A stretch of DNA of 64,000 nucleotides, taken from the NCBI RefSeq assembly GCF_963921235.1, contig NW_026948113.1, positions 248,001 through 312,000 of the forward strand, given 5' to 3'. Position 1 is the first letter of the stretch; each line of letters begins with the position of its first letter. A program made the position numbers and the translations under genes. This DNA comes from Mobula hypostoma. Its lineage: Eukaryota. The notes under the pieces were generated by a model. The model searched no databases and was not told the origin of the DNA. It worked only from the letters and a program-made list of their open reading frames with translations. Of the stretch, positions 12,460-24,638 are shown piece by piece.

Positions 12460-12955
12460 TGGTGGGGACACTATAGAGAGAGCACAGTGGAGATTTACAA
12501 GGATGTTGCCTGGATTGGGGAGCATGCCTTATGAGAATAGGTTGAGTGAACTTGGCCTTTTCTCCTTGGAACGATGGAGTATGAGAGGTGACCTGATAGA
12601 GGTGATGAGAGGCATTGATCGTGTGTATAGCCAGGGACTTTTTCTCAGGGCTGAAATGGCTAACATGAGCGGGCATCATTTTAAGATGCTTGGAAGTAGG
12701 TACACGGGGGATGTCAGAGGTAAGTTTTTCACACAAAGAGTGGTGGGTGCTTGGAATGCACTGCCAGCGACAGTAGTAGGGGCAGATACAATAGGGTCTT
12801 TTAAGAGACTCTGAGATACGTACATGGAGCTGAGAGAAATAGAGGGCTCTGCGGTAAGGAAATTCTAGACAGTTTCTAGAGTAGGTTGCATGGTCGGCAC
12901 AACATTGTGGGCCGAAGGGCCCGTAATGTGCTGTAGATTTCTATGTTTCTAAGTT
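12460..12955 (+). mobile_element. CR1 3' fragment
   Basis: ERAQWRFTRMLPGL...FFTQRVVGAWNALP motifs with a ttctatgtttcta tail. Confidence 0.85.
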
Positions 12956-15900
12956 TCTATTATCAATTTACCCAAATAGTCACAGTACAAACTCCACACA
13001 GATAGTTTCTGAGAGCAGGATTGAACCTGGGTCTCCAGTGCTGTCAGGCAGGTTTCCACTAGCTGCGTCATTGTGTTGCCGAATCCCTCAACCCAGTGAC
13101 CATGGCATCCACTAGCAGTTACGGCCCAGAATGATTCTGAAGGTGTGAGTGCGAAGGCAACCTTGACCTTGACAATGAGAGCATGACATTTATTTGCCTG
13201 TGGTGAAGCTAACTTGCACATACCTGGGTCATCAGGAAGCATTTGGGTGCAAGTCCCCATAAACCCTAAAGACACAAGAGACTGCAGATTCTGGAATAAA
13301 CAAGCTGCTAGAGGAACTCAGCATGTCAGGTAACGTGAGTGGAGGAAAGGGGGTGGACATTGTTTTGGGCCAAGATCATCCATCAGGGCCAAAAGATAAC
13401 CAGTATAAAGATGGGAGAGGGTGGGCTGAGACAGGAGCTGGCAAGCAACAGGTGGATCAATTAGAGTCAAGGAATGGCTGGAGTTTTTGTGATTAATTCA
13501 GGAGGACCAGGATAGATACATACCAAGAAGAAGTATACTAAAGGCAGAATGATGCAACCATGGCTGACAAGGGAAGTCAAAACCAACATAAAATGCATGT
13601 GTCAAAGTTATCAACCTCCAGCAAGGGCCTCCTCTCTTAAATGTGTCTGGGCTTCAGGACTTTATACAATTAAGCTATAACTCTGCTCAGTGTATCAGGG
13701 AACCCCAGCCTAGTCAGACTCTCCTATCCAGCTATCCAGACATGCCAATATCTCTGTAAGTATCCTCTAGACTGCTGTAGTCGGGAGGTCAGAACTGCAC
13801 ACAGTTCTCCGTCTGTGCACTATCTATCCAATCAATGCCCCTGATAGGTTTGTACATATCAAGCTTCTCTACTCCAAGGAAAATAAACCCAGCTCATCCA
13901 TGATGCTCTATCCCAGACCACATCCTGATAAATCTCTCCTGCACCCTTTCCGGTGTAATCACACCCATTGCAAGATGTATCCAGTGATCAACAACGTTGT
14001 TTTGCAGGCAGCTCACCAAACTTCGAGATACCCTAGTAGACATACTTCTTCTGAAATGCTATTGCTACGGTCCGCAGCCTGTAATTTCCCTTTAATGGAT
14101 GTGCTGTCGAACTGACTAAATGAACTGGCACTTTTGTATTCTCCAGGGGATTCGGCAAATTAGACTCTAGAGATTGCTTCTACATCCGGGACAGCAAACC
14201 GCTGGCTGAGAATGCTGCGTAGAGGCCAGATAACAGAAGATGAACCTGTGCTCGGCTCCATTATTCTGTGACATTTAAAACATCAAGCAGGATTAAAATT
14301 GTCGAGGAATGGGGGATAGAGGGCAGTGGGTGACTCGATTAGGGAGCACTCATTCTGGAGTCCTGATTGGGGTTGGAGCAAACGGCTGAACCTTGTGTTG
14401 TGAGTAGCTGTCAGGGTGTAAGTGGTGGTGGGGGGACGGGGGCGTTGGTGGTAGAGATGGGAGGAAATGCTGGAGGAGATGGAGGTAATGAACGGGAGGT
14501 GATATTGAATGATAGGAGTTGTATGGAGAAAGGTAAATGGCAAGGTTTCTGAGAAATGGAAGAATAAACAGCTGGTTGAGGATTGTAGTGCTTACCGTCT
14601 CATGATGAAGGCAGTGGTCAGGATTTAATTAAAATAAGGCAGGAAGGTTTAAAGGTTTTGTTAAGTTTTGGATGTGGACTTGTTTCTAGCATCAATCCAA
14701 ATAGACTACCTAAGGATTTGAAAAAAAAGCATTTGAAGATAGTGTGGACACAAAACTTTTAAAAGATGGGACACTCTCAGTATTTTGTAAAGATAGTAAG
14801 CAATGTGAAAAAGCTTTGGGGTTAAATGTTTGAAAAGGTTTCATAATAGAGTATGAACAGATATATTATTGGTGTTGATTAATGATGATGGGAAAAAAGT
14901 TGCAGGGAGTTTTAGGTTATATTGAGGTTATATGAGTTATGGTTCAAGTCCATGGTCTTGAGATATTTTCAAGAGCAGAAGTTTGGTCATGTAGCAGCTG
15001 TGTGCAAGCGTAAAAAGCGGTGTGCTAGAGGTGGTGAAGAGCATGGTTATGGCAATTATGCAGAAGGTGTTGGCTAATATGTAGTAACTGTGGAAGAGAG
15101 CATAGCTCAGCTTATGCCGGGTGTCCTGTATATCAGAAAGCTGTGGAAGTGTAATATGTTCAGGTGAAAGTGGGCATATCATATGCAGAGGCTCTGCAGG
15201 AAATACAGAAGACAGTGTCAAAGGGACCTATTAATATCGAGATAGTTTAGGGACAGTGCGTAAAATGCATGATTTTATAACAAAGGATTAATTTATAAGC
15301 TAAAATTTGTCACTTTCATGGTAGATGTGGTAAATTAAATAGGACAAACAGAAAATAGGACAGAAAAAATTTATATTAAAAGCTGCAGAAGAACATCCAG
15401 AAATAAAACACTTACCGTAACTCTGTAAGTTATTAATGATGCCTTACAGGAGGAGTAAATAATGTTTAGACTTCAAAGGAGGGTTGTAAATGGTTTTCTA
15501 ATATTACTGTAATACCAGAAGCCCATTATCTAATGGACAAGAATTTAAGGCATTTATTAAAGATTTACCAAATAGAACTGATATTATATGTGTACAGGAA
15601 ATCTGGTTAAAATCTTGTCTATGTTTTAAGATACAAAGTTATGTTGATATAAGATGTGATCGGAAAATGGGTAATGGAGGAATAGTAGCTACCTTTATCA
15701 AAAATGAGACAGCTAATAGACTTATGGAAATAAGAGTTGTTTATGAGTCAATTGTGATTGAAATTTGGGGAAAGAATAGTAAAGTTCAGATAATTTTTTA
15801 TTACCCTTATGAAAGTTTAATGCCTAATATATTGGAAAGTGTGGGTGGAAATTGGGAAAGATATGGTTGAAACGTGTGGGAATTTCAATGCTCATAGTAC

Positions 15901-17707
15901 CATGTGGGGTTGCAGTGACACAAATGTGAATGGGACAGCGGTGGAAGATTTTCAGGAAGAGAAGTGTTTGGAGTGCTTGAATGATGGTAGGACTACAAGG
16001 GTAAATCTATTCAGCAGCACGCTTTCTGCTATAGATCTTACACTGTTATCTGAGGACACAGCAAGTGTGTGGAACTGGGAAGTGCATAAGGATACCACGG
16101 TGGGGAGTGTTCATTTTGCCACTATCTGTATAGAGAAAAGACTCTCATATCCCCAGATGGAACTTTAAAAAGGCAAGTTTTTGATGTATTTGATGATTTA
16201 TGTGAAAGTAAGTTCCCAGATTATTTGGTTTTTGATAAAGGTAGCACCTCCTCCTCCATTACCCATTTTCCGACCACATGTTATATCAACATAACTTTGT
16301 AACTTAAAACACAGACAAGATTTTAACCAGGTTCCCTGTACACATATATCAGGTTTATTTGGTACATCCCGTGGACTGTTGGGCGGTATATAATATAGCC
16401 CCATTAACATGGTCATACTTTTCTTATTCTGCAGTTCTACCCGTAAAGCCTCGCTAGACCAGTTCTCCAGTCTGTCCTGAACTGAGCACTGCTATGACAT
16501 TTTCCCTGACTAGCAATGCCACCCACCTTTAATCCCTTGCACTACGTCAGGCTTGTTCATTTTGTGGAAAGTAGTGGAAAATTAGCTGTACAGTATACCT
16601 ATTTCAATTTGGTAATGGGAGAATGACCATGAACTCAGTGTTAAGTTTGGAATCTAATATTCATAAGGACTAAGCTAATGAAGAATCGGAGGTAGCAGTT
16701 TTCTTTGATCTAGAGAAAGTTTATGATATTTTATGGACACAAGGTTGTTGCTGGAAATGGTAGAATGTTCAATTGAATTCAAGATATTTTTATGGGGATA
16801 GGAAGATATAAGTTAGGGTGGGAAAGAGTTTGAGATGGAGGATGGGACTCCACAGGGGAATGTGTGTAGCCCACTCCTTTTTAATATTATAATTAATGAT
16901 ATTTTCTTAAATGTAGGCTCAGACATTCTGTTCCAAAGACTCCAGTTTTTTGTCTTTCTAAAAGGAACATTACACCCACAATTGATCGCGAGTTATATTG
17001 TCAATCTCTTAACCAAGAGTCAGCAGTCAAATTTGTCGGTATGTGGATGCACACAAGACTAATATGGAAAATGCATGTGAACAAAGTTGTAGATAAGTGC
17101 AAAAAAGCCATTAATGTGCTCAGGTGCTTAGTTGGGTGTGATCGGGGTGTGCATAGGAGGTCACTTAAACAACTGTATATCACTTTATCAGATGTCTTTG
17201 ATCGTGGATGTGTTGCTTATGGGTCAGCCTCACCAGTGGTCTTAAAGCACCTAGATAAAGTAGAAGCTCAAGCATTAAGATTATTTTGTGGTGCTATTAA
17301 ATTATCCTCAATTTCAGCATTACTTGTGAAGTACTATGCAGGTTATAGTTAGCAATGACTTATTGGGTTAACATAAAGTTGGTAATCCAATATTGGCAAC
17401 ATTAGTAGTGTTGGGAACACTACATTTGTAAGGACTTCAGTTTTGTGTGGATTGGAAACGAATGGGCACAAAATCTTGGGTTGTTTAATATGGAATATGG
17501 TCCCAGTGTACCCTTTTCTGTCGCTCCTCCATAGTTTTTCCCTTTGCATGTGGCAGATTATGTACTTCTGTGCTCTGATTCATTCTCATTTTGACACCTA
17601 TTAAAACATGAATTTAAAATTTTAGGCCAGATATTCCTCGAGATTGGACAACATCTGTTCAGCCTGCAGTGTTTGGCATTGTGTATATAGTTTTTATGGG
17701 TCCCTGC

Positions 17708-19083
17708 CAATGTTCCCTCTAACTTTTAGTAGTTAGTGTGTGCAAAAATCATATGTTGTGCAAATCTTTTTCCTTTGACATTTTATGTCAAATGTTTTGT
17801 AAACCTAGATAACCCTGCAATGCGCACTGAATGCACGCATTGCAGGGTTATCTAGGTTTACAAAACATTTGACATAAAACCGCACAGAATAACAACAAAA
17901 TAACATACGTATTTAAGCCACTCTTATTTTTTTCTCTCTCCTGTCTTTGGCATTTACCCATTCTTTGTAAGCTCTATCTAGACTAGTAGAACTTCCATCC
18001 AATTGATAGCTTTTGATTCTCATTAACATATCCAAATGACATTCACCTAAACGGTTTCTCAGTTTGTTTTTGAGTTGATTCATTAGGCTAAAACCTCGCT
18101 CACACTCCGCACTAGACGCAAGAAAGGTTCCCCCAATGTCCATCAACTGTGCAAGGTTGCAAAACTGTTCATTTTGAAGTACAAATGCCACCATTTGAGC
18201 AAAGTTTGAAATCAGTTTGGATTTCATTTTTTCTTGCACGGAAAATTTGAAATCATTGAACTGTCTAACTATTACAGTATTTTCAGCTAGGAAACACGAT
18301 ATTTTAGACATAAGGCATTAACTTGTTCATCGCCAAAGGTGAAGTCGCAATCTGCAATTGTGGAGAAATCAAAAGCTGACCATTCTTGTACCTCATCTTC
18401 AGGAAACCTTCCTTCTAAATGAACACAAATACTACTTATAAAAGTGAACAGCAAACTTGTGTGTACTGTGACGTTTTCTTCACGTTGTTGGCTTAGCAAT
18501 ACTTTAACCTTGTCACTCCACGAAACATTGTCTCCTAGATACTGCTTTCTTATCTTCTTAATTTTACCTCACACAAAATGAAGTGCATCAATCGGTGTCA
18601 GGCCACTCTTTTGCAGAATCTTTCACAGTGCAGCTAGTTCATCAAAGACATCACTTAAAACCTGTAAAGCTACTTTGTATGTGATGTTTATCAATTTCTT
18701 GTGACAGTACTTAGCCACAGGGTCATCTGACTGATCTTTTTCAATAAAAACTTAGTCAGCTATCTATAGGATTTCAAACAGATCTTTGTAAACTTTACGA
18801 TATGAACACTGTCCGTCAAAGATGGCTGCCGCCGTGATGCAGCTGTACAAACCGGAAAAGGAAAGGTGAGGTGACGTAAATTAGTGACGTGCATTGTGGT
18901 ATTTGAAAAACCGACTAACTAGTTAACAGAAACATTTAGCTAAAAGATTATTTTCAGTAAGTATAATTATTAATTACTAAATCATTTTAGGTAATTAACC
19001 TATTGTGCACACATTAATTTCCTTTGTGCGCTGGTTGAAAAACGTGTGTGCGCGCACACGTGCACAGCTTAGAGAGAACATAG
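17708..19083 (-). mobile_element. Internally deleted hAT transposon inserted in the LINE RNase H region
   Basis: TIRs CAATGTTCCCTCTAA / CTATGTTCTCTCTAA; 8-bp TSD gtccctgc / gtcccttc. ORF 17913-18311 encodes the hAT dimerisation domain (SSAECERGFSLMNQLKNKLRNRL). Confidence 0.9.
17781..17879. repeat. Perfect 44-bp inverted repeat with an 11-nt spacer
   Basis: ttttatgtcaaatgttttgtaaacctagataaccctgcaatgcg (17781-17824) and its exact reverse complement (17836-17879). Confidence 0.95.
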
Positions 19084-20529
19084 GTCCCTTCCCATGTTGA
19101 GGTTAAAGGAAACGGGATGGCAGACATTCTAGCCAAGCAATCATTTTAACGTTATAAATCCAGTGATGCCTTTGCATAAAAGTTGCGGGGGGGGGGGGGG
19201 AAGTGGTGAAAGCCATAATTAAAAAGTCTATTCAATCAATGTGGCAGCAAAGTTGGGTCAAGGAAAAGAAAGGGCATCATTTATATAACATGCACGGTAT
19301 AGTGGGAACTCATTTGGGAGATGGGTACAAAAGGAGAGAAGAAGTTACACTTACACATTCCTGTATTGGGCATACTAGGCTGAATAATTCCTTGTTCAGA
19401 ATTAATGTGCATAATACTGGCATTTGTAGTGAGTGCACTTCTCCAGAAATGGTGCAGCATGCATTATTTGAATGCAGTTCCAATGAGGTGCAAAGGAAAC
19501 ATCTCATTGCTAAATTGTGATTTTTGGGACACTGCTTAACATGGAAAGTTTTTGTATCTGACTTCCTGAAACGCATTAGACTTTTTGATATGATTTGAGT
19601 TATTTTTGGGGAGGGGGGAATTTAGTGGGTTTACCTCCTGTCTCTTTGCTCCACACTCCAATTCAATATGTCGAGATACTGCACCTTATATTGGTAGCCA
19701 ACCACCATGAAACCTTACAAGAAGAAATTATTGAGGCCAAGAGCAGAAAACAAGCAGGTGTTCAGCACCATCTGCCCATATTTGACCAGTATCCCTTTCT
19801 ACTTGCCACTGCCATCGGGCAGGAGGTGCAGATGTCTTGAATCCCATGCCGCTAAATTTGGAAGCCATTGAGCTCCTGGACAGACTTCTCTCACCTCAGT
19901 GTTGAACCACTGTGGTTGAAGTTAAGTGCTTCCAATGCAAGGCCTTTCGAAGGGGTTGCATTGTCCATATTTCCCACTCCACCAGTGATTATGAACCACT
20001 GTTATGTATATGCTGTAAACAGTTTATATGAAGATAGTTGAAATCCCCTATTAATATCTCAGTATTCTTGCAGGTATTTCTCCCCCTCTCCCCGTCTGGG
20101 AGCCTTTGGTGATCTCCCAGCGATGTAAATTAAACGGTGCGGGAGATTTCAAAAAGATTTGGGTGTCCTTGTATAAATAGAGTTAGGATCGGGTGCAGCA
20201 CATAAACATGGAGGTCAACTGACTTTGGCCTTTATTACAAGGAAGACAAAAAATTAGGTAAGTCTTGTTTCACATGCCACACCTGGAGCACAGTTTTGGT
20301 TCATTTTAGGGAAGGAGATTAAGGTCCATTTCAGAGATCGCTAGGTTGATTCCTGACTTCAGGGTTGTCACGGACAGGGATAGCATGGAAACAGCCCCTC
20401 AGACCATCCAGTCTGCACTGACATCGACTTCCATTTACGCTAATTCTCCATTAATCCCAATTTTTACATTGTCAGCAGCTCTCCGTTCAGCAGCTTCTAC
20501 CACTTTCCTACAGACCTGGTGGAATTTAC

Positions 20530-21660
20530 AACGGAAAAATTGAAATTTGAATTGCTTTATTATGTCAATTGTACCAAAATACAAATGCAAAGTCTTGTTT
20601 TGCATTTGGTTCATCCAGCTCAAATCTTTGCACAATGGAGGATGAACTGAAACATTTTACAGAGATCGTGCACTGCAAGTAAATAAGATGCAAGATTATA
20701 ATTGGGTAAATTGTGAGGTCAAGGGTCCATCTTATTGTGTGGGGGTATTATTTAATGGTGGGTAGCAGCTGAACTTAAGCCTGGTGGGACATGCTTTCAT
20801 TCTTTTGTATCTTCTGTCCAAAGCGAGAGTGGGATAGAGAGAAATCCGGGGTGGATGTGGTCTTTGATTAAGCTGACTGCTTTAGTGAGGCAGAAAGAAG
20901 TATAGTCAGAGTCTATAGATGTGGGGCTGGCTTCCATGGTGTGCTGAGCTGTGTCCACAAGTCTTTGCAGTTCTTCTCTAGTCGTGTGCAAAGTAATTGC
21001 CATACCTAGCTGTTATACATCCAGATAGGATACTTTCTATGGTGCATCAATAAAATTGGTCAGGTCGACAGGGACGTGCCAAATTTCTTTTAGCTTCCTG
21101 AGGCATTGAAGAGATTTCTTGGCCATGATATCAATGTCATTGGACCAAGACAGGCTATTTGTGACATTCACTCCTAGAACTTGAAACTCTCGATCCTCTC
21201 AACCGCAACACTGTTGATGTAGACAGGAGCATGTGCACCACCTCACCCCCTTCCTGAAATTAATAACCAGCTATTTTGTTTTGCTGGTATTGATGTTGTT
21301 GTGACACCATGTTGCTAAGCTCCTATCTCTTTCCTGTACTTTGACTCATCGTTATTGGAAGTACGGCCCACTAAAGTTCTATCATCTGCAAACCTGTAGA
21401 GCAGAGTCCGGCCACACAGTCATGAGTGTACAAGGGGCAGAGCAGGGGCTGAGAACGTAACCTTGTGGAGCACCATTCTTCAGAATAATCATGACAGACA
21501 TATTGCCACTTAAGCTTACAGGTTGTGATCTGTTAGTCAGTAGGTCAAGGACCCAGTTGCAGAGTGAAGCATTGGTTCACAGGGTCCAGAATTTGGTGAC
21601 GAGTTTGCTTGGAATTATATTATTGAAGCGAACCTGTGGTCAGTAAACTATAGTGCAATG
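20530..21660 (-). mobile_element. Rex1/Babar-type LINE 3' fragment
   Basis: REELQRLVDTAQH...DHIHPG motif. Degenerate RT (GAPQGYVLSPCS.LYTHDCVA) at 21410-21480. Confidence 0.75.
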
Positions 21661-21939
21661 AACAATCGTATGGCACACGTTCTGTAAATCACTCCAACTG
21701 TGTAGGTGAGTGACGGAAAGAGGGGAACTGCTGACAGTGTGGGGAAAATAAAACTACAGATGAATTTAGTATGAACGTAAATGGGTGCTTATGTACTGAG
21801 TGAGCCAAAGAGCCTATTCCCATGCTGTTTCTCTCCGAGCTCCCTTTCTCTTCAGCTCCTTATTTTCAAACTTAAATGAGTGGCGTGGGGCAATGGATAA
21901 CTGTTGGGGTTCGGTGTCGCACAAAATTATAACAAACCC

Positions 21940-22190
21940 CGGTCCACAGTTTCGGAGTAAAGACCCAAACTTAAGATCCCAGTATTAAAGACCCACTTGC
22001 CAGTTTCACAGTTTCAAAGACCCACCCCCAGTCCTGTGGTATCAAATACCCAACCCCTATTCTCATGGTATCAAAGACCAATCTACAGTCACACAGTATC
22101 AAAGATCTAACCCTCAATATCAGATTAATCCAGAGTTTTGGAATGAATACCCACCCACCCAGACAGTACTGGCTTGTGATACCCCACAGT
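21940..22190. repeat. Degenerate minisatellite (unit of roughly 25-30 bp, core cacagtatcaaagaccc)
   Basis: Recurring (g)tatcaaagaccc / cacagt motifs about every 25-30 nt. Confidence 0.65.
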
Positions 22191-22609
22191 GACAAAATGC
22201 TCATGTACTCATCCCTGTTCTCCATAGTTCACTGGTAGTATGTTGTTCACTGTGCTGGGACTCAGTATCTAGTATCTCTCATTATTGTGTGTGACTGAAG
22301 TGCTAATGTTATCTTGCAGTACAGGATGAAATTTACCCATTTTGTAAACTTTGTGCATTGTGATAAAACTTTCCCTGCTGGTTCTTCTGAACCCTCTCAC
22401 ATAGGATGTGGCTATCCCTACCATTGTTCCTATTAATTATTCTTTATCATTCCTGAGGGGGCAGCTAGGCGTGCACCACATTGCTGTGTTGTGCCACTCC
22501 TCAGGGAAACTGAAATATTTCTCTGGCTCCTTACCCAATTATCTATCGACCGCTACCACAACATATTAACCTGAATCCGTTCAGATTCTCCTCCTCAATT
22601 ATCATTGCA

Positions 22610-22800
22610 AACCAGCGGCAGCATAGTGTCACTACCTCATAGCTCCAGTGACTCTAGTACAATCCTGAACACAGGTGCTGTTGATGTGGAGTTTGCAAGT
22701 TCTCCCTGTGACCGTGCGGAATTCCCCAGCATTCTCCTGTTTCCTCCCACGTCGCAAAGATGTAACTGTAAGTTGCCCCGAGTGTATGGAAAATGGTAAC
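22610..22800 (+). mobile_element. HE1/V-SINE-like SINE
   Basis: tgtggagtttgcaagttctccctgtgacc...tttcctcccac core. Related copies at about 12975-13085 (-), 44640-44830 (-) and 52890-53130 (+). Confidence 0.6.
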
Positions 22801-23269
22801 CTGGGGAGGATGGGGAGAATGAAGCATGGTGTTCATGTAGATATGGCTCATGCAGATGGCTGCTTTATGGTCAGCACAATCAGCTCTTGGGCAGTTCACA
22901 GCAGAGCTGCCCGTGGAGTCACACAACAGGCCCTTTGGCCCATCACATTCATGCCAACCATCAAGCACCCAAACACTCACCGGGAAAATGTGAAAACTAC
23001 ACATATCAAAACACAAGGTCAATCAACCCCAGGTTACTTGATGACCTGAATGTCCTTTTTTCCCTAATGACAACCTTAATCACTCCCTCTGTATGGCAAT
23101 ACTGTGAGAACTTTGTACTACGATGGATTTTTTTTTTGTCGTGATTGTTTTCTTTCTTGTCTAATTTATATTCTTCTTGTCAATGTTATGTCTCTAATGC
23201 TATGTGCCTGTGACCCTGCTGCAAATTTTTCATAGCAGTTGTGCATATGACAATAAATTTGACACCATT

Positions 23270-23690
23270 GTATGGAAATCTCAAAGCTCCCTTTCCTCAA
23301 AAGCTACCTAACCTGCTTAATGTCACCTCACATGGCAAACTTCCCTCCGGTGCTCCGCCCCCTTTTCTTTCTTCCATGGACTTCTATCCTCTCCCATCAG
23401 ATAACCACTTCTCCAGCCCTGTATCTCTTTCACCAATCAACTTCCCAGCTCTTTACTTCACCCCTCCCAGTTTCACCTATCGCCTTCTGTTTCTTCCTTC
23501 CCTTCCCCCACCTTCTAACTCTGACTTATCTTTTTTTCTCTCCAGTCCTGATGAAGGATCTTGGCCCAAAACGTTGACGATACCCTTTTCCATAGATGCT
23601 GTTTGACCTGCTGAGCTCCTCCAGCATTTTATGTTGCTTGGACTTCCAACATCTGCAGATTTTCTCTTGTTTGTAACTGCTTCAGAAATT
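23270..23690 (+). mobile_element. Penelope-like 3' repeat with a degenerate hammerhead
   Basis: cagtcctgatgaaggatcttggcccaaaacgttgacg (G12 mutated to A) followed by gatgctgtttgacctgctgagctcctccagc. Confidence 0.7.
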
Positions 23691-23789
23691 GAAAACATTA
23701 TGTAAGTGGTAGTTGCTGTTTTTTGTATTCTTGATACAAACACTGACATTGATTGGTTCTTTGTTCTTGGAGTCACAAATGAGAAAACA

Positions 23790-24529
23790 AGGAGATAAGG
23801 TAAAATGTATTTTATTCACTTATCCAGTGATTTACACATAAAAAGCCAATTAACACTAATGATAAATCCCCCCACAAAACTGAGCAGTTAATGCAACTAT
23901 GATTTTTAAAAAAGCATTTTCGACATATTGCACCCGCGTTGCTTCGATCAATAACAAAACCCAACAGCTAGAAATAGAACTCGGTCCTGCAAGTCACCAA
24001 AGTGGAATGGGAACTGTAGGAAAGATGCACAAGTAGGGTTGGCCAGAGATGTTCCAAAAGCAGCATCACACCTGGATTCCAAACTAAATGGGTCTGGGTG
24101 GGCTGGCACAGGTTAGAGTTGCTGTAAATCATGCTGTGTGCGAATGAGTACAACAATCCATAGGATGGGTCGATGGATCAAATACTATTGAATGAAGTGG
24201 AGGGGAAGGAGGAGGAGGAGGAGGAAGAATATTACTAGTTGCTTCTATAAGCCATGACTTACAGGCCAGTCCTCTGCAGCAAATGGAAGGAAAATTTAAT
24301 TTCGAATAAACTATAATAAGAAACATATTGACTGGTCATCAGCAAAATTAATAAGGAGCAAACATTAGAACCATAGAGCCTTGTATCTAAAGTAAATCAT
24401 CCATATCATTTCAAAAAAGACAGACTGTAATATATTTTTTCGACTTTAACAGCCGGATCAAAACATGCGATCATGTTGAAAAGATGAAATTTTGAAGTCA
24501 ATCCATTCCTGTTGGGCTGGTGTTCATGC
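23790..24529 (-). other. B2M: B2M non-coding exon 4 (3' UTR)
   Basis: Acceptor cttcctcactctcttttgtcttgcag|G after an 86-nt intron (24530-24615). Non-repetitive AT-rich sequence runs down to an AATAAA followed by a U-rich tract. The 3' end is approximate. Confidence 0.75.
23811..23816 (-). terminator. B2M polyadenylation signal AATAAA
   Basis: tttatt on the plus strand. Downstream on the minus strand is the U-rich tract ttttaccttatctccttgttttctc. Confidence 0.7.
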
Positions 24530-24630
24530 CTGCAAGACAAAAGAGAGTGAGGAAGCTGAACATTAGGCCAGAATATTATCATCAGTAAAAACAAGAAGTG
24601 TCAGAGTTTGCTTACCTGTGGCGCAACAGC

Positions 24631-24638
24631 TTAGGATT
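24631..24638 (-). CDS. B2M: Beta-2-microglobulin exon 3 coding part (G|AA TCC TAA = E-S-stop); whole exon 24616-24638
   Basis: Acceptor ttttcctgccttcacttacag|AATCCTAAGCTGTTGCGCCACAG|GTAAGC. A tiny stop-containing exon 3 is the typical B2M layout. Total CDS is 52+279+8 = 339 nt = 112 aa plus stop. Confidence 0.88.

Larger units (their letters stand above)
14560..19735 (+). mobile_element. Degenerate Nimb/I-clade LINE (CCHC ORF1, APE endonuclease, RT, RNase H, C-terminal CCHC)
   Basis: ORF1 knuckles (QKFGHVAAVC; CSNCGREH); endonuclease (IICVQEIWLK; GNFNAHSTMWG; SAIDLTL); RT (GTPQGNVCSPLLFNI); RNase H WVP.HVEVKGNGMADILAK; CSECTSPEMVQHALFEC. Confidence 0.85.

Noticed and set aside
14148-14225. 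Possible plus-strand terminal exon (GFGKLDSRDCFYIRDSKPLAENAA)
   Set aside because: Good polypyrimidine-AG but no recognisable protein family, upstream exons or clear poly(A) context.
22504-22515. Perfect ISRE-like GGAAACTGAAA downstream of B2M
   Set aside because: The same GAAACTGAAA also occurs at about 30648 and 56971 in unrelated or repeat DNA, so it is expected by chance in AT-rich sequence.
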